Assembly (NCBI GenBank): GCA_046757525.1
Contig: JBHHYI010000151.1
Location: 1-10,254 of the forward strand
DNA: 10,254 nt
Direction of reading: 5' to 3'
Source: a bacterium
GTDB taxonomy: Bacteria > Zhuqueibacterota > Zhuqueibacteria > Oceanimicrobiales > Oceanimicrobiaceae
Of this stretch, positions 1-9,148 are shown piece after piece; the stretch's first letter is position 1, and each line of letters begins with the position of its first letter. The notes below the pieces were generated by a model. The model had not been told where the DNA came from. It worked only from the letters and a program-made list of their open reading frames with translations, and searched no databases. Position numbers and translations under genes: made by a program.

Positions 1-24
1 AACAGTGTAACGCTTAGGAGTCAA
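1..24 (-). promoter_or_regulatory. Possible sigma70-type promoter firing leftwards out of the window
   Basis: Minus strand TTGACT (24-19), then a 17-nt spacer ending in TG-n, then T at position 1, where the -10 box would begin. The rest of the -10 is outside the window. Confidence 0.3.
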
Positions 25-74
25 TGGAATGTTAAGAAATATTACTCTTAGTGCATAAGTATTTCATTGACACC
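17..74. repeat. Imperfect inverted repeat with an internal hairpin downstream of the GlmU-like gene
   Basis: GGAGTCAATGGAAT (17-30) versus ATTTCATTGACACC (61-74): 12 of 14 positions complementary. Inner TAAGA (33-37) pairs with TCTTA (46-50). Confidence 0.55.
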
Positions 75-87
75 AATATTTTCATGT

Positions 88-1338
88 TCACCTTGCCCGC
101 CATTCCACCCGGTCTCCTTGGGTGATGTGAAAAAGGTGTCGAAAAAGCTTTTCAGAAGGCGGGCTCATCGGCACCTTGCGGCGGACCATGACGCGACGTG
201 CGGTTTCCAAAGCTTTTTCAAGCTCGTGCTCAACGAAACCGGCGCTGCCGCCCCAGGCAAAGGAAGGAATGTGCTTAGGCGGAAACCCGGCCCCAAAAAC
301 GTTGCTCATCACCCCAACCACGGTGCCGGTGTTGAACATGGTGTTGATGCCCGCCTTGGAGTGGTCGCCCATGAACAAACCCACAAACTGGCAACCACTG
401 TCCACCCACCGATCATCGATGAACACTTTAACGAAACCGTAGTTGTTTTTCAAGTCGCTGTTGTTGGTGTCAGCGCCTAAGTTGGTCCAAGACCCCAGGT
501 AGGCATGGCCAAGAAAGCCTTCGTGCTGCTTGTTGCTGTAAGAATGGATGATGGACTCCTCCACTTCACCACCGATTTTGCACACCTGGCCGATGGCGGT
601 GCCTTCATAGATTTTGGCACCGATCTTAATGGTCGAGCCGTCACCGACAAACGCCGGGCCTTGAATCACCGCATTGGGCATGACCGTAACCCCTTTGCCA
701 AGAAGGATCGGCCCCGCGTCGGCATCCAAAACCGCGCCTGCTTTGACCTGTGAAGCTTCGCCAATGCAAATCTGTTCGGAATTGAGCAAGGTCGCCCCTG
801 GGTCCACCTGTCCCAGGATTTGCCCGGCTTGATTGAGAGCGCCAAAATCACGCACAATCTCCCCGGCGTTTTCGTTAACCAAATCCCAGGGAAACTCGAC
901 GATCCTTGCGTCGACCTCAACGGTCTCTAAATCTCTGAGTTCGTCCAGATTAAAAGTGCCGTCTGGCAAGGATTGCATTTTCTTCAGGTTGTCATCCTTT
1001 AGAAAAGCCACTATTATCTGTTCTTTGTGAACGTAGATTCTTTCCCGGGTCAAATCCAGGTCTTGCACGAGCTTCTGCTCAGCCAGGACGCGGCCGTTGA
1101 AAAAGAGGCACTCTTTTTCATCGATCCGGTTAACTTTGCAGTCGGGATTTGCCTCCTGCACCACTTCGCTCAAATAGTTTCTGCAAAGCAAAGAGATCGA
1201 GCTTTTGGGAAAAAGTCTGGTTATTTTTTTCTTTAGAGTAAACACACCGCAGCGCAGGTCGAACACCGGTCTGGTCAGCGCCAGTGGAAAGAGCTGGCCA
1301 TAAAACTGATCTTCAAAAATACAGATTGGAGTAGACAA
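88..1338 (-). CDS. Alternative-type GlmU-like protein: putative sugar nucleotidyltransferase-like N-domain plus hexapeptide-repeat acetyltransferase domain
   Basis: 416 aa with TTG start and AGGAG 6 nt upstream. N-terminal 'LFPLALTRPVFDLRCG' and 'FFNGR' are NTP_transf_4-like; 'FPWDL' precedes the LbH repeats; 'NKQHEGFLGHAYLGSWTNLGADTNNSDLKN' parallels the GlmU acetyltransferase active-site region. Confidence 0.88.
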   Translation of the reverse strand: MSTPICIFEDQFYGQLFPLALTRPVFDLRCGVFTLKKKITRLFPKSSISLLCRNYLSEVVQEANPDCKVNRIDEKECLFFNGRVLAEQKLVQDLDLTRERIYVHKEQIIVAFLKDDNLKKMQSLPDGTFNLDELRDLETVEVDARIVEFPWDLVNENAGEIVRDFGALNQAGQILGQVDPGATLLNSEQICIGEASQVKAGAVLDADAGPILLGKGVTVMPNAVIQGPAFVGDGSTIKIGAKIYEGTAIGQVCKIGGEVEESIIHSYSNKQHEGFLGHAYLGSWTNLGADTNNSDLKNNYGFVKVFIDDRWVDSGCQFVGLFMGDHSKAGINTMFNTGTVVGVMSNVFGAGFPPKHIPSFAWGGSAGFVEHELEKALETARRVMVRRKVPMSPPSEKLFRHLFHITQGDRVEWRAR

Positions 1339-1344
1339 AGCAGT

Positions 1345-1349
1345 CTCCT
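1345..1349 (-). promoter_or_regulatory. Shine-Dalgarno site (AGGAG) for the GlmU-like gene
   Basis: Minus strand: cAGGAGactgctTTG, a 6-nt spacer to the TTG start at 1338. Confidence 0.75.
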
Positions 1350-1379
1350 GTCAACTAATCGCCCAAACGCGGCGCACCC

Positions 1380-2396
1380 CTACCCCCATTCGCCACGGCG
1401 CATTTCCCCGTAGACCTCGCCCAGGACATCCCAGACTTTCTCGGGATTGTCGCTGCGGATGTAGGACATGTAGGCGGTGCCGTAGTAGCTCCAGGCAGCA
1501 AAGTTGCGGATGCCTTCGGCGTAGGCGGTCGCCACGGCCTCCTTGATTTCCTCTTCGCGACCCGCAGGAATTTTGTAAGCCTGGATCCAGATTTGACCTT
1601 CTTTACCAAAGCTTTGCGCAAGGGTTTGAATTTCACGGGAGAATCCGCCAACAAATTCACCCAGGTCCTTGTCGAAGAAAACCCAGTACGGATCTGTGCC
1701 GAAGACATCCACAGAAGGAATCGCTGCCACGCGCGACCAATCGGAGAGGCCCAGGCTTTTGTCCTTCAGAGGCAGCAAGCAGACGGCGTTTTTTAAGCCC
1801 CGGCTGTGGGCCGCGTCACATAATTCCTGGAGGAAGCTCACCACAGAATCTTCCCTGAATTGAATGATTTCTTCCTTGCTGGCAGCGGTGAAGTCCTTGC
1901 CGAAACTCTCACGAAACTTACTCCTACAGGCACCACAAAAGCAATACCACATGGAGAAACGATACTTCTCCTTCAGGTCGATGTAAAAATGCGGTTCATC
2001 CCAAAAGAGATAATCCGGCGCAATGTCGGCCGCATCGTCAATCCACCGCAGCATAAAGTCGCGAAACTTCGGGTGATTCAAGCAGGCCGCCGGCGCTGTT
2101 TCGCCATCCGGTAAAACCTGGCAAGCTTCCCGATGTTGCAGGGCGAAGCGGCTGTAAGCCTCGCCGCCAAACACCCGGCCAATGCCCCAGGGGTCCAGAT
2201 AACACGCCAGCCCGGCATCTTTGGAAAGAGAGACTAGTTCCGCCATGGTGTCCTTGTAAAACTGCTGGTCGTTTTCCGAAAAGGTGTGGACGATGAAACT
2301 GCAATTGTGACTGAGTATTTCCTCCAGATCGCTTACGAAGTGTCTGGGATTGCGATTTCCGAAATAACTCACGCCGGTTTTGATTTTGTCCTCCAT
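1380..2396 (-). CDS. Putative glycoside hydrolase, GH42-like single (beta/alpha)8 barrel with a 4-Cys metal site; substrate unknown
   Basis: 338 aa with alternating strand/helix pattern. 'ACLNHPKFR' (C105) plus 'CFCGAC' (C152/C154/C157) match the GH42 Zn cluster spacing. 'FWDEPH' sits at the beta-4 position and 'GTDPYW' at beta-6. No signal peptide. The ORF itself is highly likely; the function is less certain. Confidence 0.7.
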   Translation of the reverse strand: MEDKIKTGVSYFGNRNPRHFVSDLEEILSHNCSFIVHTFSENDQQFYKDTMAELVSLSKDAGLACYLDPWGIGRVFGGEAYSRFALQHREACQVLPDGETAPAACLNHPKFRDFMLRWIDDAADIAPDYLFWDEPHFYIDLKEKYRFSMWYCFCGACRSKFRESFGKDFTAASKEEIIQFREDSVVSFLQELCDAAHSRGLKNAVCLLPLKDKSLGLSDWSRVAAIPSVDVFGTDPYWVFFDKDLGEFVGGFSREIQTLAQSFGKEGQIWIQAYKIPAGREEEIKEAVATAYAEGIRNFAAWSYYGTAYMSYIRSDNPEKVWDVLGEVYGEMRRGEWG

Positions 2397-2434
2397 GGGG
2401 GTTCTTTCAATCGGTTCCTGTGTTTGTCAAATTT

Positions 2435-3016
2435 TTAGACCGGCACCACCTCGTTTAACTTCGCAGCGGTGACCGAACTAAGAAAAATCTTGATCAGGTC
2501 GCCAGGAATGAATAGGACAAATCCCGTCCAAAGTACAGATTTCAAAGAAATCGATTTGCCAACCAAATAGGTCAGGTTCAAGTACAGAACCGTGACACCC
2601 ATGGCGAAGATGATCAAAATGCCGCAGAGGTTAGCGACAACAATGCGCCCAAAAGCCGGCCGTTTTGACCGAGAAACTCGGCGCCCTCCCCAACTCAAGT
2701 AGCCAACGAAGTAAGCCGCAACCGGGTAAGCGATGAGATACCCAAAAGTTGGCTGAAGCACATAGCCTGGGCCGCCGCCGTTCGAGAAAACAGGGACTCC
2801 AGAAAGACCAATGGCTAAATAGATGAGCTGGCTCAACGCGCCAAATTTAGCGCCTAAAACGGAACCGGACAACAGAACGAAGAACGTCTGCAAGGTGATT
2901 GGAACGTACGGCAAGGGAATCCTAACAAAGGCACCTGCTGCAGTCAGCGCCGCAAACAGACCGGATAACACATAAAACAAATAAGTTCTTTGTCCATCGA
3001 TTGCTCGGGTCTGCAT
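2435..3016 (-). CDS. bioY: Biotin transporter BioY (ECF S-component)
   Basis: 193 aa, multi-pass hydrophobic. Motifs 'VPITLQTFFVLLSG..LG', 'YLAIGLSGVPVFS', 'PTFGYLIAY' and 'FIPGDLIK' with the conserved Asp/Lys. Confidence 0.95.
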   Translation of the reverse strand: MQTRAIDGQRTYLFYVLSGLFAALTAAGAFVRIPLPYVPITLQTFFVLLSGSVLGAKFGALSQLIYLAIGLSGVPVFSNGGGPGYVLQPTFGYLIAYPVAAYFVGYLSWGGRRVSRSKRPAFGRIVVANLCGILIIFAMGVTVLYLNLTYLVGKSISLKSVLWTGFVLFIPGDLIKIFLSSVTAAKLNEVVPV

Positions 3017-3066
3017 TTAAGACTTTCACAGTAGTCAGAGATTTATTGCTTGCACAGCGCGGGCTT

Positions 3067-4377
3067 TCATTTGGAAAAATAGCGAGAAAACACCACATCG
3101 CCAAGCAAGACCGCCTCTTTGGAGTACGGACTGATGTTGCGTTTGAACAGCTCCGAATCAATTAGGGCTTTAGCATCTTTCCATCGGTCGAGCTGTTCGA
3201 GGCGCTCAATAAACTCAGAATACGCCTCTTTGTTTTTGCTAAAAATCTTCTTAATAAACACTTTTCTTGTCTTCGGGTTGATCAACGTGCGCAAGTTTGG
3301 GTACGGACCGGGAGGTTGGGTCTCGATATCCTTTCTGTTTATTATCAGGGTTTCTCCAAAACCGAAACCGTTGAATGTTTTCGTTTCGAGGGCAGGTTCG
3401 TCCCCCTCTGCGAATTGAATCCTTATGCTGTCGGTCACCGGGCCATCGTCCTGTTCGAAAGAAAACGAGTTGTCGACCGTGGTTTCAATGTCTTGAATTT
3501 CCTCCAGGGTTACAATTTCGTTTGAGAGCTCAGGGGTGGGTTTCGAAATCTGAAAATCAAACGTCAACTCCCCGTTTTCGTCTGAGGTGATCTCCTCCAG
3601 GCTGCCGACCACCAGATTTCTCTCCAGGGCATTTTCTACCTCTTCATAAGTCCAAAAGCTTTTCGCCATGACTTCCTCTTTGAGCCCTTCGACCATGCGG
3701 TTCAACCCCCTTTCGAGGAGCATGCCCAACAACCACTTGGTCTGGATGCCCGGACGGTTTTTTCCGGTAATGGACTCTTCAAGCTCATTTAGATGGCTTA
3801 TTTCAATGAGAATGGCTGAGATCGGTTTGCTTTTGTAAACCTCTTTTTCCGAGAACCTGGTGATTTCCTTGAACCGATCGTAGTCGATGTCATCGGTGTC
3901 GAGGTTTTCAAGGAAATAGAGTAGCTTCTGAATAAACGGTCGATCGTCTCCAAGCCCCTGGAGCACCACTAACAAGTCATCCTTGTTGTGCGCCTCGGTT
4001 TTCTCGTACAGCAACCTTTCAATTGTTTGTCGCGGGCGAACCATCACGTCAAATTTAAAGTGTACGGTTAATTTGGCAAACTGGTGCACCTCCTGTCGGG
4101 TAAAAAGGGTTTCGTTGACGAACGATTCCGTCAGGGCTTGGAGTTCATCGTCGAAGGGCAGTTTTTCCAGATCGAACCGATCCGTTGGCAACACCCGGAT
4201 GGGATTCTCGTGCAAATAGATTCTGTGGGCTTGTTGCTTGATGTACGCTTTGAATATCTCTGGAAAGTTACCCTGCAATATTTCCCGGCAAGAAACTCTT
4301 TGTTTTCCGTACAGAACCCGCGCTGTCAGAATATCGCTCAAGCGATCTTTTTCCCGGCTCCACAATTCCGCTAACAT
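3067..4377 (-). CDS. Hypothetical protein, 436 aa (helical N-domain, acidic linker, basic helical C-terminal domain)
   Basis: Long ORF filling the gyrA-bioY gap, with a GGGGG SD-like tract 5 nt before the ATG. From memory, the C-terminus 'LRTLINPKTRKVFIKKIF...AYSEFIERL...ISPYSKEAV' resembles an uncharacterised domain of FCB-group proteins; not verified by search. Confidence 0.88.
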   Translation of the reverse strand: MLAELWSREKDRLSDILTARVLYGKQRVSCREILQGNFPEIFKAYIKQQAHRIYLHENPIRVLPTDRFDLEKLPFDDELQALTESFVNETLFTRQEVHQFAKLTVHFKFDVMVRPRQTIERLLYEKTEAHNKDDLLVVLQGLGDDRPFIQKLLYFLENLDTDDIDYDRFKEITRFSEKEVYKSKPISAILIEISHLNELEESITGKNRPGIQTKWLLGMLLERGLNRMVEGLKEEVMAKSFWTYEEVENALERNLVVGSLEEITSDENGELTFDFQISKPTPELSNEIVTLEEIQDIETTVDNSFSFEQDDGPVTDSIRIQFAEGDEPALETKTFNGFGFGETLIINRKDIETQPPGPYPNLRTLINPKTRKVFIKKIFSKNKEAYSEFIERLEQLDRWKDAKALIDSELFKRNISPYSKEAVLLGDVVFSRYFSK

Positions 4378-4398
4378 GTCTACCCCCGTTTTGCATCA

Positions 4399-4428
4399 AG
4401 AAAAATAAAGGCTATCGATGTGATAGCC
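4399..4428 (-). terminator. Rho-independent terminator-like hairpin after gyrA
   Basis: Minus strand reads GGCTATC-acatc-GATAGCC (perfect 7-bp stem, 4410-4428) immediately followed by TTTATTTTTCTT; it starts 28 nt after the gyrA stop. Confidence 0.7.
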
Positions 4429-4456
4429 ACCCTCGTATTACCCCGTTGGTTCCGAA

Positions 4457-6886
4457 TTATTCTTCCTCTTTTACGACCCGCGCCACATCCGCAACCCGAT
4501 CGTTTTCATCTAATTTGATCAAACGAAAGCCTTGTGTGTTTCGGCCCTGGGTACTGATTTTTTTGACGCTCTGTCGAATCACCACCCCCTTGCTGGTGAT
4601 AATCATCAAATCGTTTTCATCCACAACTTCTTTAATTGCCACCATGTGGCCTGTTTTTTCGGAAACTTTAATGGTAAGAATGCCTTTGCCGGCTCGATGG
4701 CTAACGCGGTATTCTTTCACATCTGTGCGCTTGCCATAGCCACTTTCGGTGACCACCAGAACCGTGCCTTCCCGCCTGATGACCACCATGCCTACGACGA
4801 AATCGTCCTTACCCAGGCTTATGCCCTTGACTCCGGAAGCCGTGCGACCCATATCGCGAACTTCATCTTCATGAAATCTGATTGCCATGCCATTATGAGT
4901 GCCCAATAAAATGTCGTGGGTGCCGTCGGTTAATTTAGCATCGATGAGGTCGTCGCCCGGGCGGATCGTTATAGCATTAATACCGCCTTTTCGCGGATTA
5001 GCGTAAGCTGAAAGGCTGGTTTTTTTTATCAAGCCCCGTTTTGTGGCCATCACCAGGTAGAAGTCGTTATTGAAGTCTCGAACGTTCACAAACGCGGCTA
5101 TTTTTTCCGCTCTCGATATGTTGAGCAAATTGACGATCGCCCGACCCTTGGACGCACGACCGGCCTGGGGGATTTCATGCACCTTCAGCCAGTAGCAGCG
5201 CCCAGTATGGGTGAAGAACAGAATATAATTGTGCGTGGAAGCGATGAACAAATGCTCGATGAAATCTTCCTCTTTGGTGGAAGCGCCGGTATAGCCGCGG
5301 CCACCGCGCAACTGTCTTTTGTAGCTGGAAACCGCAAACCGCTTAATAAAGCCCGTGTGGGAAATGGTTATGACCATATCCTCCTCAGCGATCATATCCT
5401 CGACGGTGAACTCCTCGGTCTCGGAAATGATCTCGGTGCGGCGCTCATCGCCATATTTTTCCTTCAGCTCCTGCAGTTCCTCTTTGATCACCTGCATTCT
5501 CTTGCTTTTGCTCTCGAGCAAAGCGCGCAGTTTTTCGATCAGCTTGATGATCTTGAGATACTCATCTTCGATCTTTTTTCTTTCCAGACCGGTCAGCCTC
5601 TGCAGTCGCATGTCCAGGATGGCCTGGGCCTGAACTTCCGAAAGATGGAAGCGTTTCATCAACGAGTTGCGAGCGGTTTCTGGATTTCTCGACTTCTTGA
5701 TCAATTCTACGATTTCGTCGATGTTGTCCAGGCAAATCTTGAGGCCTTCCAAAATATGGGCCCGCTTTTCCGCCTTGTCCAATTCAAACCTGGTTCTGCG
5801 CACCACCACTTCATGGCGAAAGTCGATAAAGTGCTGGAGAACTTCTTTTAGGCTCAGGATTTTCGGCGCCCCGTCGACCAGAGCCAACATGATGGTGCCA
5901 AAGGTCACCTGCATCTGCGTGTGCTTAAAAAGCTGGTTGAGCACCACGTCGGCAATGGCATCGCGTTTAAGTTCGATGACCAGCCGCATGCCATCACGAT
6001 CCGACTCGTCGCGGATGTCCGTTAAGCCCTCCACCTTCCGATCTCGAACCAGGTCGGCGATCTTCTCCATGAGATTCGCTTTGTTCACCTGATAGGGCAG
6101 CTCGGTGACGATGATGTTCTCACGGCCGCTCTTCACGGTCTCAACACTGGCGCGCGCTCGGATTTTGATACGGCCACGCCCGGTTCGGTACATCTCCTCA
6201 ATGCCCTCATCGCCGTAAATGATGGCCGCCGTGGGAAAATCTGGACCCTTGATGTAGTTCATCAGGGTTTCCGTGCGCAGGTCAGGACGATTGATCAGGG
6301 CCGTCAAAGCATCCACAACCTCACACAGGTTGTGTGGTGGGATGTTGGTGGCCATGCCGACGGCAATACCGGACGAACCATTGACGAGCAGATTGGGAAG
6401 AACCGAGGGCATCACCCTGGGCTCGGTCAGGGACTCATCGAAATTTGGCGCAAAATCCACGGTGTCTTTGTCCAAGTCCCGTAAGATTTCTTCAGCAATG
6501 GGCGCAAGACGAGCTTCGGTGTACCGCATGGCTGCCGGCGAATCGCCATCGACGGAGCCGAAATTGCCCTGGCCGTCCACCAGGGGGTACCTCAGGGAAA
6601 AATCTTGAACCATGCGTACCATGGTGTCATAAACAGCGCTGTCGCCGTGTGGGTGGTATTTCCCCAACACTTCTCCAACGATTCTCGCGCTTTTCTTGTA
6701 AGCTGAATTAGGACGCAAGCCCAATTCGTGCATGCCATATAGAACTCGCCTGTGCACAGGCTTCAAACCATCCCGCACGTCCGGAAGGGCTCGCGAAACG
6801 ATCACCGACATAGAGTAATCGATGTAGGAGTCCTTCATCTCTTCTTCAAGATACACCGGAATAATTCTGTCGCGCTGCATGTCCAT
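4457..6886 (-). CDS. gyrA: DNA gyrase subunit A
   Basis: 809 aa. '[16 protein letters not shown]', QRDR '[11 protein letters not shown]', catalytic '[10 protein letters not shown]' and beta-pinwheel repeats. The GyrA-box 'QLRGGRG' (5294-5314) distinguishes it from ParC. Confidence 0.98.
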   Translation of the reverse strand: MDMQRDRIIPVYLEEEMKDSYIDYSMSVIVSRALPDVRDGLKPVHRRVLYGMHELGLRPNSAYKKSARIVGEVLGKYHPHGDSAVYDTMVRMVQDFSLRYPLVDGQGNFGSVDGDSPAAMRYTEARLAPIAEEILRDLDKDTVDFAPNFDESLTEPRVMPSVLPNLLVNGSSGIAVGMATNIPPHNLCEVVDALTALINRPDLRTETLMNYIKGPDFPTAAIIYGDEGIEEMYRTGRGRIKIRARASVETVKSGRENIIVTELPYQVNKANLMEKIADLVRDRKVEGLTDIRDESDRDGMRLVIELKRDAIADVVLNQLFKHTQMQVTFGTIMLALVDGAPKILSLKEVLQHFIDFRHEVVVRRTRFELDKAEKRAHILEGLKICLDNIDEIVELIKKSRNPETARNSLMKRFHLSEVQAQAILDMRLQRLTGLERKKIEDEYLKIIKLIEKLRALLESKSKRMQVIKEELQELKEKYGDERRTEIISETEEFTVEDMIAEEDMVITISHTGFIKRFAVSSYKRQLRGGRGYTGASTKEEDFIEHLFIASTHNYILFFTHTGRCYWLKVHEIPQAGRASKGRAIVNLLNISRAEKIAAFVNVRDFNNDFYLVMATKRGLIKKTSLSAYANPRKGGINAITIRPGDDLIDAKLTDGTHDILLGTHNGMAIRFHEDEVRDMGRTASGVKGISLGKDDFVVGMVVIRREGTVLVVTESGYGKRTDVKEYRVSHRAGKGILTIKVSEKTGHMVAIKEVVDENDLMIITSKGVVIRQSVKKISTQGRNTQGFRLIKLDENDRVADVARVVKEEE

Positions 6887-6907
6887 TACCCTTGCTTTTC
6901 CCTAATC

Positions 6908-8839
<1,932 letters not shown>

Positions 8840-9148
8840 TTAAATAAATCTAATGTCCTTAATGATTTTCTTCCCTAAATGTTCGTTCATTGTATTTATT
8901 ATCTTGTGTTTCAAATACAACAGCTCATTCCGCCAGACTGCGCTTTTCACTCTAACAAACAAGATTCCGTCAACAGTCTTTTCCGCGCTGGTCACTTCAG
9001 AAACTCTTCTGCCTACGATGATTGGCCATTTGTCAATGGCTTCCTGCTCTTTGATTCTATTCTCGATACCCAGGTTGTGCAATAGCAGCGCAAGCACATC
9101 GCCCAGGGATTGTATTTTCTTAGAGTTCACAGAACTCAATTTGACCAT
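8840..9148 (-). CDS. dciA: DUF721 / DciA-family protein (replicative helicase operator)
   Basis: Motifs 'WPIIVG', 'GILFVRVKSAVWRNELLYLKHKII' and terminal 'IKDIRFI' are typical of DUF721, and the recF-gyrB position is classic. Start uncertain: ATG at 9148 or GTG at 9130, both overlapping the recF 3' end; the ORF-track start at 9196 is probably too long. Confidence 0.88.
   Translation of the reverse strand: MVKLSSVNSKKIQSLGDVLALLLHNLGIENRIKEQEAIDKWPIIVGRRVSEVTSAEKTVDGILFVRVKSAVWRNELLYLKHKIINTMNEHLGKKIIKDIRFI

Noticed and set aside
67..480. 137-aa plus-strand ORF and other short plus-strand ORFs over the GlmU-like, GH-like and hypothetical genes
   Set aside because: Antisense to well-supported genes, with no domain features or convincing RBS.
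1355..1708. Alternative-frame minus-strand ORFs (1355-1708, 2038-2304, 2922-3161, 666-920)
   Set aside because: They overlap real genes out of frame, their composition is typical of off-frame translation, the host genes are complete, and no frameshift is needed.
1349..2430. Perfect TTGACA on the minus strand in two consecutive spacers (1349-1354 and 2425-2430), and on the plus strand at 67-72
   Set aside because: None has a credible -10 hexamer at 16-18 nt, and the minus-strand copies lie too close to the start codons to leave room for a normal leader. Not called as promoters, though the recurrence is noted.
6620..6660. Possible quinolone-resistance substitutions in the GyrA QRDR
   Set aside because: 'HGDSAVYD' keeps the Ser and Asp equivalent to E. 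coli S83 and D87, i.e. the ordinary form.
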